From a virus (Duplodnaviria; Heunggongvirae; Uroviricota; Caudoviricetes): a DNA stretch of 64,000 nucleotides. Numbering within the stretch: position 1 is the stretch's first letter; each line of letters starts with the position of its first letter. The stretch covers positions 1-64,000 of IMG/VR virus record IMGVR_UViG_3300037067_008064; one strand, given 5' to 3'. The position numbers were made by a program, and so were the translations under genes. Shown in pieces: positions 46,697 through 58,100 of this stretch. The notes below the pieces were generated by a model that saw nothing but the letters and a program-made list of their open reading frames with translations, made no database searches and had not been told where the DNA came from.

Positions 46697-47227
46697 TTAA
46701 AAAAGTTTGACATCATCCTCTTTACCAGTCTTATAAATATCATCCGTTTTGGTAGATGTAATAACTACAATACCAACATCTGGACGATTACCAATAAACC
46801 AACTATTAGGAACTGTTTGGCGCATATTTTTATGCATCATATCCATATCAATAAGTTTCTTTTGTTCAATAAAGAATCCTTCACGTTGTGCTTCAACGGC
46901 AACCATAATATCTTTAAATAATGAGGCATCAAATTGTGGGTTACTTTCTTGAATCCATTTCATAAGAGTGCCACTGCCTTCATTTGAATAACGGCCTTCA
47001 ATAAGAGGTGTGTAAACTTCCTTGAAGGAATCCTTATATTTATCGGCAATTTGTGCCTTTTGTGAAATAACCTTCCACATCTTATCAAAGTATGATGTGC
47101 AAACTGTTTGTTCAGCAACAATACGATTTCTCAACTTAATCTCTGAGTTTGATAATGAGAAATACCAAACGATTCCAATAATTGCCGCAATAACGGCCAT
47201 TCCAATTACAATAAATCCTGTTTTCAT
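46697..47227 (-). CDS. single-pass membrane protein (tentatively LemA-like)
   Basis: N-terminal TM, then ~150 aa; weak resemblance to the LemA family layout. Confidence 0.3.
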   Translation of the reverse strand: MKTGFIVIGMAVIAAIIGIVWYFSLSNSEIKLRNRIVAEQTVCTSYFDKMWKVISQKAQIADKYKDSFKEVYTPLIEGRYSNEGSGTLMKWIQESNPQFDASLFKDIMVAVEAQREGFFIEQKKLIDMDMMHKNMRQTVPNSWFIGNRPDVGIVVITSTKTDDIYKTGKEDDVKLF

Positions 47228-47308
47228 GTGTTAATTTGTTTTATTTGTTTTATTCAGGTTTTATTTAAATAGCATAAAACCTATAAATGCTAAAATATTT
47301 TTTATAAT

Positions 47309-47653
47309 TTAATTTATTGGAATAATTATATCAAATGTTGGATTACTAAATATAGTATCGATTTTTATAACACCATCAAAAAATACAACCAATCTGTTTC
47401 CCCACGATCCCATTATAAGAGTATCTGGTAATTCAACAGTTTGATTAAATATAGTATCACCATTATGGTAATAATTTTTTAACCAAACTCCATCATTCCA
47501 AGATGAAAGTCTAACACCAGCATCAATACTATCATTATTGCCATAAGTAGTAACGGTTATATTAATTGATGGTGTTGTATTATCTTTTTGACAACCAATA
47601 AAGGACATGGTAAAGATAACCATTAAAGCGAATAAAATGTTTTTTGTTTTCAT
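47309..47653 (-). CDS. putative lipoprotein
   Basis: Signal peptide with MSFIGC lipobox-like cysteine. Confidence 0.4.
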   Translation of the reverse strand: MKTKNILFALMVIFTMSFIGCQKDNTTPSINITVTTYGNNDSIDAGVRLSSWNDGVWLKNYYHNGDTIFNQTVELPDTLIMGSWGNRLVVFFDGVIKIDTIFSNPTFDIIIPIN

Positions 47654-48135
47654 TTGTTTGTTATTATTTATATTTTACAATAGGGTTGTTTTCAAATTCA
47701 TTAATATTATCTGCCAAACACATTAATTGAGCCATCATTAAAGCTCCATCAATATGTTCATCTAATAATAATATAATTCTTTTACAAGTGGCCTTAAGCT
47801 TTTCACAGTTTTCTGCTGTGAAAATTATTTCCGTGTTATCCTTCATAACCTGATAAGGTTTTAGCATGTTTATACCACAACCATCTTTTAGGACGGTAAT
47901 CACCGGGGTTTTGAAAAGCTATTAATTCTGAAGGGCTATAACAATATCCAGCTGCATCAAAATATGCATTTTCAACAACACATACCAGACCTTCAACAAA
48001 TTTATCTGGAGAAGGCATTGGAATTTCTAAAGCACCGTCTTTAATAAGTGCGTCGGCTTTACCACAACTTGGAAGTGGTTCGCCTTTTGAGTTTTTATCT
48101 ATATAATATCCCATCTTTTTAATTATTAATTTTTA

Positions 48136-48513
48136 TTAAATAACCATCATTTTTTTAACTCCTTCGGCTGAAAACTTAAAGGTTTTAGTACCATTTAATT
48201 CTTTACCAATAATAGGATATTTAAATGAACGTGGTTTAATACCTGTAATTGCATAGGTTTTTCCATTCATGACAAACTTCTTTCCGAAGTCTTCATTTTT
48301 AAAACCAAAGATAAAACAATTTTTGGTCCATTCTAATTTACCGGCATCGGATTTACTGGCAACCGCAAAACACTTAAGTTGTGTATGAAAATTGTCAGTG
48401 TTAAAACGAATATTACCAATATTAAAGGTAATTCCGTGTTTCTTTCCAACCTTTGCAAGAGCTTCGTCTAACTCTGTACGCAAGGTTTTAAGATTTACTT
48501 TGTTAAATTCCAT
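48136..48513 (-). CDS. hypothetical protein
   Basis: ORF; tandem ATGTTAAA motif upstream. Confidence 0.4.
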   Translation of the reverse strand: MEFNKVNLKTLRTELDEALAKVGKKHGITFNIGNIRFNTDNFHTQLKCFAVASKSDAGKLEWTKNCFIFGFKNEDFGKKFVMNGKTYAITGIKPRSFKYPIIGKELNGTKTFKFSAEGVKKMMVI

Positions 48514-48603
48514 TTTATAATGTATTAATTTTGAAATTATAAGGTTAATTTTAACAAAAAATTTAACACCATGATTAAAAATAATGTTAAAAAATGTTAA
48601 AAT

Positions 48604-48846
48604 TTAATCTTTATAAGGATAGATAGGTTTATCTAAAACATCACATATAAATGGTTCTATTCTATAGTCTTGATTAGAACTATTTGGATTTGATTGTTTT
48701 AAAATTCTTCTTAATTCATTTTGAGCTTGAATTTCGGTATCAAATGATATATCAGCATAGGTCCATCTTCTATTCATGGCAATGCCTAATTTATCTGTAT
48801 AGGTAATACGCCATCTTTTTTCCTTATGTGTTTCATCATAAGGCAA
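48604..48846 (-). CDS. hypothetical protein
   Basis: ORF; tandem ATGTTAAA motif upstream. Confidence 0.35.
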   Translation of the reverse strand: MPYDETHKEKRWRITYTDKLGIAMNRRWTYADISFDTEIQAQNELRRILKQSNPNSSNQDYRIEPFICDVLDKPIYPYKD

Positions 48847-48894
48847 ATATATACAATTTCCTAGTACTGAGGAAATAAAAAATGTTAAAAAATG

Positions 48895-49569
48895 TTAAAA
48901 ATTTAGTTTATGTTTACAATTTTCATTATGCCATCTAGTTATAATCCCCTGATTTATAGATTCTACATTACAATATTTACATTTGATTTTTTCTTTTTTA
49001 TGCAATGTATTTAAATATTTAATTTTAAATTCTGGAGTATTTCTTATTTCAATTAATTTATTTCTATATTCTTCATCTTTCCATTTTTCTTTAATTTTAA
49101 TGGAAATTTTATTTGAAGCATTTTCCATAGCTTCTTTAAATTTTGTTTTAAATTCTGGGTTGTGTGCGGTATTATATTGTTTATTTCTATATTCAGGATT
49201 TTTCCAAATTTCTTTATTAATTTTACTTATTTTTTTGCAAGTTTCTTTATTTGGTCCTAATTCTCCGCCGTATGTTGAATTATATCCATATTTTTTTAAA
49301 TATGTTTTATTTTCTTTTATAAAATAAATTTCTCTTTCTTTTAATATATTTAATAATTCATCATAAGAATTTAATTTGTGTTCTTCTATAATTTCCCACA
49401 TAAAATTATTTTTATATTTTCTAATAGCATTATGAAATAAAAGGTGAGAACTATTTTTATATACAGATATTAAATGGCCATTTTTGCGTTTTTCTAAAGA
49501 AGTTGTAGTTAATCCAAAATATTTTTTATTAGAAGGAGAAGTTGCACAATAAATATATCCATTAAACAT
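48895..49569 (-). CDS. GIY-YIG homing endonuclease
   Basis: GYIYCATSPSNKKYFGLTT...RKNGH GIY-YIG start; basic repeat-rich C-terminus. Confidence 0.55.
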   Translation of the reverse strand: MFNGYIYCATSPSNKKYFGLTTTSLEKRKNGHLISVYKNSSHLLFHNAIRKYKNNFMWEIIEEHKLNSYDELLNILKEREIYFIKENKTYLKKYGYNSTYGGELGPNKETCKKISKINKEIWKNPEYRNKQYNTAHNPEFKTKFKEAMENASNKISIKIKEKWKDEEYRNKLIEIRNTPEFKIKYLNTLHKKEKIKCKYCNVESINQGIITRWHNENCKHKLNF

Positions 49570-50407
49570 TTTTATTAATTCTTATTTTCATTTCTTCTTC
49601 TATCCAAGGAACTTGTAAATTTGTTAATCTTTGTTCTAATTTTTTAACATATACACTATTATCTGGAACATTAAATAACATTATGGCAGATTCTCCTTCT
49701 TTCCAATTTTCCCATCTTTCAACTGCTTTATTTATAAGATCTTGATTAAAATGGTCTTTGGCTGACCAATTTTCTAGTTTTTTTCTTATATTCTTTCTAA
49801 TCCATGCACAGTGTTGCATTCTAAGTTCTTCATCTTTAAATATATAAGTGCCTAAATTTAAAGGATTATATATTCTTCTTGTTGGGTCAGTAGGACCTGG
49901 TGCAGGGCCTTCATACGTGTACGTGAAAAAAGAATTATGTATAAATGGAACAAATGGTCTGAAAGGATAAACAAGATAATGTTCAAAATCTTTAAAGTAA
50001 TTAATATAAGAACAATAAGTTATAGCATATCCTTTTTGATTTATTAAGTCTTTTGCATATTTAAATTCTTCTTTTTCATATCCCTCATCTGCATCAGTAT
50101 TAATAATATGTGAACAACCTCTTTCTTTTAGTAATTGAATTCCAAAATTTCTTTTATTAGTTTCTTGTTTTCTAGCATATTCACTTGTGTTTGGTTTAAA
50201 TTCAACTAATTCATCAATAATTCCTATTTTTTTTAATCTTTCTAACTCATTCATATCAATAGGGTCTATTGGATTACCCCAATAAGATTTTTTTTGATAT
50301 ACACTAATAATATAATCAACTTGTTCTCTAATTTCTGATATAAAATATTCTAAAAATTCACTTGAATCAAAACTATTTATACACATTCCTAACTTTTTAA
50401 TACTCAT
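49562..50407 (-). CDS. hypothetical protein (possible nucleotide-sugar transferase; TDADE motif)
   Basis: 281 aa; a DxD-like TDADE segment only. Confidence 0.3.
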   Translation of the reverse strand: MSIKKLGMCINSFDSSEFLEYFISEIREQVDYIISVYQKKSYWGNPIDPIDMNELERLKKIGIIDELVEFKPNTSEYARKQETNKRNFGIQLLKERGCSHIINTDADEGYEKEEFKYAKDLINQKGYAITYCSYINYFKDFEHYLVYPFRPFVPFIHNSFFTYTYEGPAPGPTDPTRRIYNPLNLGTYIFKDEELRMQHCAWIRKNIRKKLENWSAKDHFNQDLINKAVERWENWKEGESAIMLFNVPDNSVYVKKLEQRLTNLQVPWIEEEMKIRINKNV

Positions 50408-51099
50408 ATATTTATATTTTGTTTAAATAATTTTTCTTTTTGTCTTCTTAATTTTTGCGCTATTATAATTTTTTGCTTAGTTTCTTCACTACGTTTTTTT
50501 CTCATTTTTTGTTTAGTTTGTTCGTTATGTTGTTTTCCAAACATTCCATTTTTTTCTCCTTTAATTAAAATTCCTTTTTTAAACATTGGATTATTTTCTC
50601 CACATGTTATAAATGATATTTTTTCTTTATATTCTTTTGCTTTAATAATTCCTTCTTCTAATCCATATAATTTTATCATTTGTTCTTCATATGTTTTATT
50701 CTTTTTGTTTAAAGTATTGAATATAGTAAAATGACTTTTATCTCCAGAATGTTTACCTTTATTGTTATTTTTTATTTTTATTTTAGTTTCTTCTGATAAA
50801 TAACTTTTAGGAATACCATAACCACCCTTTGGACTTATATTATAACCAATGGGGCTTAATGTATTAAATTGATTTATATATTTTTCTTGAATATTAAATG
50901 CATCTTCTTTGTTATTAAAATGTTCTAAAATTTCTTTTTTAAAGTTATGCTTTCCATATTTTTTAATAGCAATTTTTATTAATAACCCAGAACCAATATA
51001 ATTATCATTTAAATTATTAGTTGAATGATCACCTATATATTGTTTACCATTAATTAAGTTAGTTGTAATATAAACATAATTATATTTTTTTATACTCAT
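50404..51099 (-). CDS. GIY-YIG homing endonuclease
   Basis: MSIKKYNYVYITTNLINGKQYIGDHS; paralog of 54288-55079. Confidence 0.65.
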   Translation of the reverse strand: MSIKKYNYVYITTNLINGKQYIGDHSTNNLNDNYIGSGLLIKIAIKKYGKHNFKKEILEHFNNKEDAFNIQEKYINQFNTLSPIGYNISPKGGYGIPKSYLSEETKIKIKNNNKGKHSGDKSHFTIFNTLNKKNKTYEEQMIKLYGLEEGIIKAKEYKEKISFITCGENNPMFKKGILIKGEKNGMFGKQHNEQTKQKMRKKRSEETKQKIIIAQKLRRQKEKLFKQNINI

Positions 51100-51276
51100 G
51101 ATTTAAGTAATTGTTCTTCTTTTTGTTCTTTTTTTGGTTGTTCTGTTATTTCTTTTATTTCAGCTGTTAAAACATGAAAATATTTAACATCTAATACATC
51201 TACTAATTCAGAATATGTTGTCATTATACCTGTGGCTGGACCATTAACTTCATCCATTTTAACCACAAATTTTATT

Positions 51277-51582
51277 TCATATATTTTCATCTTGTTCTAA
51301 TACTTTACGTTCAAATGTTTCATAAGATTTATAATCATCAAATGTATTTAATACTTCCATTCCTGAATCTAAAATTTTATAATTATTTTCACTTAATAAA
51401 TTTCCTATTTGAGCAAATATATTAATTGCGCCGGGTTCTTCTCTAAGAGGTATTTTAATTGGTTTTTCAACAATAAAAGTTATTTTTAAAAATTCTTTTT
51501 TATTATTATCAACAATATCAATTAATTCTGTATTTTTTAAATATTTTTCAATATCTTTAATTTCTTTTTTCATAATTAACAA
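51277..51582 (-). CDS. hypothetical protein
   Basis: ORF only. Confidence 0.35.
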   Translation of the reverse strand: MLIMKKEIKDIEKYLKNTELIDIVDNNKKEFLKITFIVEKPIKIPLREEPGAINIFAQIGNLLSENNYKILDSGMEVLNTFDDYKSYETFERKVLEQDENI

Positions 51583-52088
51583 TTTTCTTTATTTTCTTTT
51601 ATATATTTACAGAATTTATATTTTATTCCATTTTGACTTTCTAACCAACCACTGTCATTAACTAATTCAAAATTATTATATAATTTATCAATAGGAAATC
51701 TTTTATTAGCATCTGGGTATATTTTATTAACCCAAGTTATATATGCTTCATCACACTCTTCAATAAATTCTTTGTATATTTTTTGCCCACCAACAATCCA
51801 TATTTCTTCTTTTTGATTATTTAATAAAATAGATTTTAGTTCTTCTTTTGATTTTATAATAATATGCGGTGATGCTGTTTCAATTTTTTTAGAAGATAAT
51901 ATGAAATATAATCTATGTTGTTTAGCACCTTCAGGTAATGTTAAAAATGTATTAGCACCTATAATAAGTGTTTTATCTATTGTGTGTTGTTTAAATTGTT
52001 TTAAATCTTCTGAAATATGCCATAAAAGATTATCATTATTTCCAATGGCACCATCAACTGAAACAGCTGCAATAAGTTTTAATTTCAT
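51576..52088 (-). CDS. frd: dihydrofolate reductase
   Basis: LIAAVSVDGAIGNNDNLLWH...IIGANTF DHFR fingerprint; ~170 aa. Confidence 0.7.
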   Translation of the reverse strand: MKLKLIAAVSVDGAIGNNDNLLWHISEDLKQFKQHTIDKTLIIGANTFLTLPEGAKQHRLYFILSSKKIETASPHIIIKSKEELKSILLNNQKEEIWIVGGQKIYKEFIEECDEAYITWVNKIYPDANKRFPIDKLYNNFELVNDSGWLESQNGIKYKFCKYIKENKENC

Positions 52089-52237
52089 AAATTTCTTGTT
52101 TTAATTTTTTTAATAATTTCTAATCGTTCTATATCGGAATAATTTAGCCAATTTGATATTTCTTCACTATTTCTTTTACATCCAATACAAATTTTATTTT
52201 CATTATATTTACATATATGTTTGCAAGGTGTTATCAT
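52085..52237 (-). CDS. small Cys-rich protein (DUF1289-like CxxxC..CxGCxR)
   Basis: MITPCKHICKYNENKICIGCKRNSEEISNW; ATGA overlap with the frd start. Confidence 0.35.
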   Translation of the reverse strand: MITPCKHICKYNENKICIGCKRNSEEISNWLNYSDIERLEIIKKIKTRNL

Positions 52238-52473
52238 TTAATTAATTTTAGATGAAGTATTTTGTTGAAAATATAATTTATCTATTTCATTAGAAACATT
52301 ATTCCAAAATTCTATATCATCTTCATTTTTTAAAGATGGCAAAATTAATTCAGTAATTATAATAGTAATTTTAGGATAATTTTTATTACACCTTCCCCAT
52401 AATTGTTTTGCTATATTTATTTCTGTTATTTCCATTAGTTTATTTAATTTTATACTTAAAACAACATAAGGTT

Positions 52474-53220
52474 TTAAACTATTATTTTAAAATTATCATA
52501 TTTTTTATTATACAATCTATAATAAATTTGATAATGTGTCATATTAAGTTTTTGACAAGCAATTTTAATATTATCATAATTAATATTATTAATTTGAATT
52601 TTAAGAGAATTATTAGCAGGTTTTCCAAAATTTGGATTTTTCTCTCCTTTTAATGAATTACTAATTTTAGTTTTTGTTTCATTTGTTATTTTTGAAATAT
52701 ATCCATTTTTAAATAATTGTTTTCTTGATTCACTCATTTTTTTACACATCCATTTTGGTCTTTTTTTATTTAAGTTTGCATTTTTAATAGCTTCACAATG
52801 AGATTTGGTTTTTGGTTTTCCTTTGAGGGCTTTGCTTATTTTATCTTTTGCTTCTTGTGTATGTTTATAATTTTTTATTTTTAATTTAGTTTCTTCTGAT
52901 AAATTAGATTGGTGAAGTAATTCTCTAGCATATAAATAATCTCTTGAACTTATATTTATTTTTATGGGTTTTTTAGTTCCATAAGTCATAAGATGAAATG
53001 CTGTAATTATATTTCTATTATTTGGATAAATGTATGTTAATAATTTGTGTGCTATAAAATGTTCTTTTGCTGTTAATAAAACTAAATTTTCTTTTTCATT
53101 AGTACCATTTAAACATTTAGGAATAATATGATGTCTTTCATAATAAATTCCAAAACCTTTTTTTCTATTTTCTTTTTTATTTTTATTTATTAAATTTTGA
53201 TAAATTAATTGATAATTCAT
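52474..53220 (-). CDS. HNH homing endonuclease
   Basis: RHHIIPKCLNGTNEKENLVLLTAKEHFIAH. Sits between frd and the thymidylate synthase gene; TATAAATA cassette upstream. Confidence 0.65.
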   Translation of the reverse strand: MNYQLIYQNLINKNKKENRKKGFGIYYERHHIIPKCLNGTNEKENLVLLTAKEHFIAHKLLTYIYPNNRNIITAFHLMTYGTKKPIKINISSRDYLYARELLHQSNLSEETKLKIKNYKHTQEAKDKISKALKGKPKTKSHCEAIKNANLNKKRPKWMCKKMSESRKQLFKNGYISKITNETKTKISNSLKGEKNPNFGKPANNSLKIQINNINYDNIKIACQKLNMTHYQIYYRLYNKKYDNFKIIV

Positions 53221-53224
53221 GAAT

Positions 53225-53245
53225 TTTTTATTTATATATTCATGT
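53225..53245 (-). promoter_or_regulatory. T4-type late promoter box TATAAATA
   Basis: Minus strand CATGAATATATAAATAAAAAATTC-ATG before the HNH gene. Confidence 0.5.
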
Positions 53246-53267
53246 TCTTCTAATTAATCTGTACTTT

Positions 53268-54275
53268 TTAAATTGCTATAGGAATGTTACGCCAATTTGG
53301 CCAACTTTCATAATTAACTAACGTAAAATCTTCAGGAGTATAATCAAATATTGAATCTTTTTTATTTAATAACATTTGTGGTGGTTCACTTTTTGAATCA
53401 CGGGCTAGTTGCTGATTAACATATTCCATGTGGTTTTCATATAAATGTGTATCGCCTAAATGTCCTATTAATTCATCAGCATACATATTAGTTTGTTGTG
53501 CTAACATTAATAATAATATAGCATATGAAGCAATATTAAAAGGTATACCAAGAAAGGTATCACATGAACGTTGATTCCAAAGTAATGAAATAGCTTTTTT
53601 GGAAATATTTCTTGTAGATAATTTAGATTCTACCCATTCATCATGTTGAATTTTGATTCCATTAGTAAAATTATCTTCATATATTTTAATCCTTTCTTCT
53701 AAATTTAAGTCTCTTGTCCAAATTTGAAAGGCATAATGGCATGGCGGCAAAGCCATTTTATCTATATCAGCAACATTCCAAGCTGATACCATTATTCTTC
53801 TATCATCAGGGTTCTTTTTTAGTTGTTCAACTATTTGAGATATTTGGTCAAACCATAAAGAACCACATTTTCCAGTTTCTGTATTTACTAACCAACCCTG
53901 CCATTTTCTCCACTGTTTTCCATAAACAGGTCCTAGTTCACCAGTTTCATCATCACCCCATTCATCCCATATTGAAACACCATATTTTTCTTTAAGTTCG
54001 TGTTTATTAGATGACCCACTTAAAAACCATAATAATTCTCCAATTACTGATTTTAAATGTAATTTTTTAGTTGTTAATAAAGGAAAGTTTTTAGTAATGT
54101 TTTTAAATTTTATTTGTTCCCCAAATACAGATATAGTTTTAACACCCGTTCTATTTTGTTTTTCATAACCATTTTTTATTATATTTCGTAAAAGATTATG
54201 ATATTGATAATCAACATCGTTTAATGTTGTATATTGTTTGGTTGGTGAAGATAAAGGTACGTTAAATAAATTCAT
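53268..54275 (-). CDS. thyA: thymidylate synthase
   Basis: Classic ThyA blocks: the active-site region PCH.. (ALPPCHYAFQ) and DTHLYENH. Confidence 0.75.
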   Translation of the reverse strand: MNLFNVPLSSPTKQYTTLNDVDYQYHNLLRNIIKNGYEKQNRTGVKTISVFGEQIKFKNITKNFPLLTTKKLHLKSVIGELLWFLSGSSNKHELKEKYGVSIWDEWGDDETGELGPVYGKQWRKWQGWLVNTETGKCGSLWFDQISQIVEQLKKNPDDRRIMVSAWNVADIDKMALPPCHYAFQIWTRDLNLEERIKIYEDNFTNGIKIQHDEWVESKLSTRNISKKAISLLWNQRSCDTFLGIPFNIASYAILLLMLAQQTNMYADELIGHLGDTHLYENHMEYVNQQLARDSKSEPPQMLLNKKDSIFDYTPEDFTLVNYESWPNWRNIPIAI

Positions 54276-54287
54276 AGTTTTTCAATT

Positions 54288-55079
54288 TTATAAGAAAAAG
54301 AATGTTGTAAGTTTTTTGTTTTTCATTGTTTCACTTATTTTTTGTTTAATTTCTTCTGAACGATGTGTTCCTTTTAATGAATTACTTATTTTTTCTTTTG
54401 TTTCTTGGGAACGAATTTTCCCTTTATTTAATCCTATTCTATCTTTTTTCATTTTTTCTATAGTTTCATGTGAATGTTTATATCCTAATGTATGATGATT
54501 TCCTTTAGCCGCTAATCCACATTTTCTTTTCATTTCATCAGCTTTTTCTTTACCATATAATTTTTCCCAAGTTTTTCCTTTATAAAAATTATGTAAAAAA
54601 TCTTTAGTTTCTTTAGAACGATTTTTTCCTTTATTAGCTTTACTTATTTTTTCTTTAGTTTCTTTAGAAACTATATGCCCCATATTTTTAGAAATTCCTT
54701 TTTGAGATTTACTTATTTTTTCCTTAGTTTCTTTAGAATGAGATTTTCCTTTATGAAATAAACCAATTTTATTTTTAGTTTCTTCAGAATGTTCACTAAA
54801 TTTAACACCACCTTTATCATGTATATTGTATCCATTAGGGATTAGTGTATTAAATTGTTTAATATATTTTTCTTGATTTTTAACAGCGTTTTCTTTAGTA
54901 TCAAAATATTCTAAAATTTCTTTTTTAAAACTTGATTTACTATATTTTTTAATAGCTGGTTTTATTAATAACCCAGAACCAATATAATTATCATTTAAAT
55001 TATTAGTTGAATGATCACCTATATATTGTTTACCATTAATTAAGTTAGTTGTAATATAAACATAATTATATTGTTTCAT
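54288..55079 (-). CDS. GIY-YIG homing endonuclease with NUMOD3-like repeats
   Basis: MKQYNYVYITTNLINGKQYIGDHS; repeated SKETKEKISK units; TATAAATA cassette upstream. Confidence 0.65.
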   Translation of the reverse strand: MKQYNYVYITTNLINGKQYIGDHSTNNLNDNYIGSGLLIKPAIKKYSKSSFKKEILEYFDTKENAVKNQEKYIKQFNTLIPNGYNIHDKGGVKFSEHSEETKNKIGLFHKGKSHSKETKEKISKSQKGISKNMGHIVSKETKEKISKANKGKNRSKETKDFLHNFYKGKTWEKLYGKEKADEMKRKCGLAAKGNHHTLGYKHSHETIEKMKKDRIGLNKGKIRSQETKEKISNSLKGTHRSEEIKQKISETMKNKKLTTFFFL

Positions 55080-55084
55080 AATGA

Positions 55085-55104
55085 ATTTTTATTTATATAT
55101 TCAT
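55085..55104 (-). promoter_or_regulatory. T4-type late promoter box TATAAATA
   Basis: Minus strand AATGAATATATAAATAAAAATTCATT-ATG, squeezed between the tape-measure stop and the GIY-YIG start. Confidence 0.5.
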
Positions 55105-58100
55105 TTATGAAATGTCAAGATTTCCCTTTAATATATTACCATCTTCACCCGTAAATGAGAATAATAAAATTGCATTCTTTAATCCTTCTGTTACTGCATC
55201 TCCAACTGCCAAACCTATTGATTCTAAATCTTCTTTAGATAATGTTACTGTTGAAGCACCTTGTGGCATTGGCGCCGGCGTAGCTGGCCAAGGTGTATAA
55301 TTGGTTGGAGCTGGGGGGGTATATGATTCTGTTGGTGTTGTTTCTGATTTTATTGCTTCAATTTTTAAATTACCAGGGTACCAACCACCTTCTTCTTTAT
55401 TTAATTCTATTTTAAGAGATGATTCTAATTTTGAAATAGATTCTAATTTACTGGTATCAATTTTATCAACTGCCCCAGCTAATTCTTTTATTCTATCAGC
55501 AAATATTCCAATGGTTTTAGCAGTTTTATCTAAACCATCTTTTTGTTTTATTAGTCTTTCAAGTTGAGTATTAACTCTATCCATGACATCAATCATTGTT
55601 ATCTTACCACCAGATAAAGCTTGTACTCTTGTAAATTCACTAGATACTGTTGTTAAAAATGTTGAAATCATACCCACCATATCTTGTGCTGCTTTAGTAT
55701 AATCTACTTGAATCCATTTTGGTTTTTCATCATTTCTAGTATTTGGATCCATTATAAAATTATTGGCAAACTTAAGTATTAAATCATGAAATTTATCGAA
55801 AATTGTGAATACACCTTTTTTCTTTTTACCACCTAATAAAATTTCAGCCCAATCATCAATATTACCTGCTGTTTTTTTATCTAATCCAACAAACCCAATA
55901 TTTAATTCAGATATAAAAGTTGATATAGAACCAACAATACTTTTTGCAACTTCAGGATAATTAATTGGTTTACTTATTGTTTTTCCATTAGCATCAACTG
56001 TTGTATAAGTTCCTGATGCAAACATTTGAATTAATTCACTAAAATTCATTAATGGTTCTAATATGCCAACTTTTTTACTTGATGGTCTATCTAACACTAA
56101 ATCACCAATCCACTGTCCAACAGTTCTTTTTCTACCAACTAAAACATCAGTTATTGCTTGTGATGTTGCAACAATATTAGGCCCGACATTAACAGTTAAT
56201 TCATTATTTAATGCACTAAAGAATGTGTTTAATGCCCCCATAATATTAGATGCAACTGCACTTAAAGGTATTCCAGCTATAGGTTTTCCATCTGAATCAA
56301 ATTGCGGAATTTCTCCCTTTTGTCCAAATTTACCCCACATACTTAATAAATCACCAAATTTTCCTAATACTTCTATAACACCAACTCTTTGTTTGCCGGC
56401 ACTAAATAACGGTATTCCAAGGGCTCCTTTAATTTTAAATCCAGAAGTACCCATTAAAATATCAACCATATCACCCATTGCTTTTTTATCTGGTAATGTG
56501 CCACCTTCATCAGCAGGTTTCATTGATGTGGTTAAAATATTAAAAAATTCAGAAATAGTTGTAGCAATAGTTTTTGCTATATTAGTTGTTGGTATGGCTT
56601 CTCCAAATATTGGGTCACCATTTTCTTTATATCCAGTAATTACTCTAATAGTTCCGGCTTGTGCAAATGCAGATATAGCTCTTCCTAACATAGATAAAGT
56701 TAATGCAGTATAAAATACCAATCCTATTCCTGCCATTAAGGTTAATGCATTTTTACCAATGTTAAATATTTTTCCAAAAAATCCCTTTGAATCTCCATCT
56801 TCACCTAATAATCCTCTTTGTATACCTGATGCAGTTCCTATTAAAACTGATGATACCATATCTGATATATTTTCTTTAATAGTTGATATATCAATTTCTC
56901 CAAGTATTTTATTAATTAACATTACTGTTAATGCTAATACTATTAATGAACCAGATATTGCTATAGCCGCCCAGGCACCAGCTATAATTGGGATGCTTAA
57001 TATTCCCATGCCTGCAAATATTAAAGCTAATAAACCTAAAGATTTTGCAACTTCGGCCATTGTTGTAAAAATTCCACCCGGCATCATCATACCTAATAAT
57101 GCTGATACACCTCCAAATGCTAACATTCCGAGTGATAATATTAATAATGAACCGCCCATACCAATTGCAGCATAGCTGCCTAACATTATTAATGGTGATA
57201 ATATTCCTAATCCTGAAAAAATTAAAGCCAATAAACCTACAGTCATTATTAATTGATGCATTGAATCTATGCTAGCTCCCATCATATCCATTAATTTAGA
57301 TACTCCAACAAAAGCCAATAACCCAATACTTAACGATGTTAAGCCTATACCCATAAAAGCGGCGGCAGTTGCGCCTAACATAATTGGAACTGATAATGCA
57401 CCAAGCATTGCAAACCCTAATGCAAAGGTACCAATTAATCCAAGAATAATCATTATAGATTCAAATGGGCCTACATTAAATACTTTTGATGCTAAGATAG
57501 TTGCTCCTAAAAATATAAGAATAGAGGCAGCAAAAGATATCATTAATATTGCCATAGATTTAAATACTGAACCTAAACCTAATAATACTGTTCCAACTTT
57601 TCCTAATGCTTCAGCACCAGCTAAAGCTAATGGGTCGGCGCCAATACTAATCATAACACCATGAAGTGCAGTTAAACCACCAACGGTAGCTAATACTAAT
57701 CCCGTCATACTCATTAATCCAAAGAACATAACTCCTTTAGCTAATTGTGGCAGTGCAGTACTTAATATTGCTATAGATTCAGCAACTTCTTTAGTTGATC
57801 CTTTTACATTTTCTTGTGAAAGACCAACTATGTCTCTCATAAAATCAATTAAATCTTTTTTCCCAGGTGCTAATTTAAATTTCCATAATCCAGATGATAA
57901 TTCTTTTAATGCTTCTCCTAATGTTTTTAATCCTTCTGCTGTATTTTTCATGTTATCCACTTCTTTTTTGGAAACATTATTTAACCCAGCTATTCCATTA
58001 CCACTTATAGCTGCGGATTCTTCTTCACTTAATTTAGATTTTTCAGTTTCTTTACCTTTTTCTTTGCCCTTTTCCATTGTAGATGGAGCATAAATACGGT

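Noticed and set aside
55112-58093. Multiple plus-strand ORFs inside the tape-measure-like gene (55112-55300, 56063-56713, 56759-57175, 57269-57664, 57830-58093) and inside the SPFH gene (30580-31467)
   Set aside because: Antisense to long, well-supported minus-strand genes. Their Pro/Ala/Ile-rich compositions are mirror images of Gly/Ala-rich sense codons.
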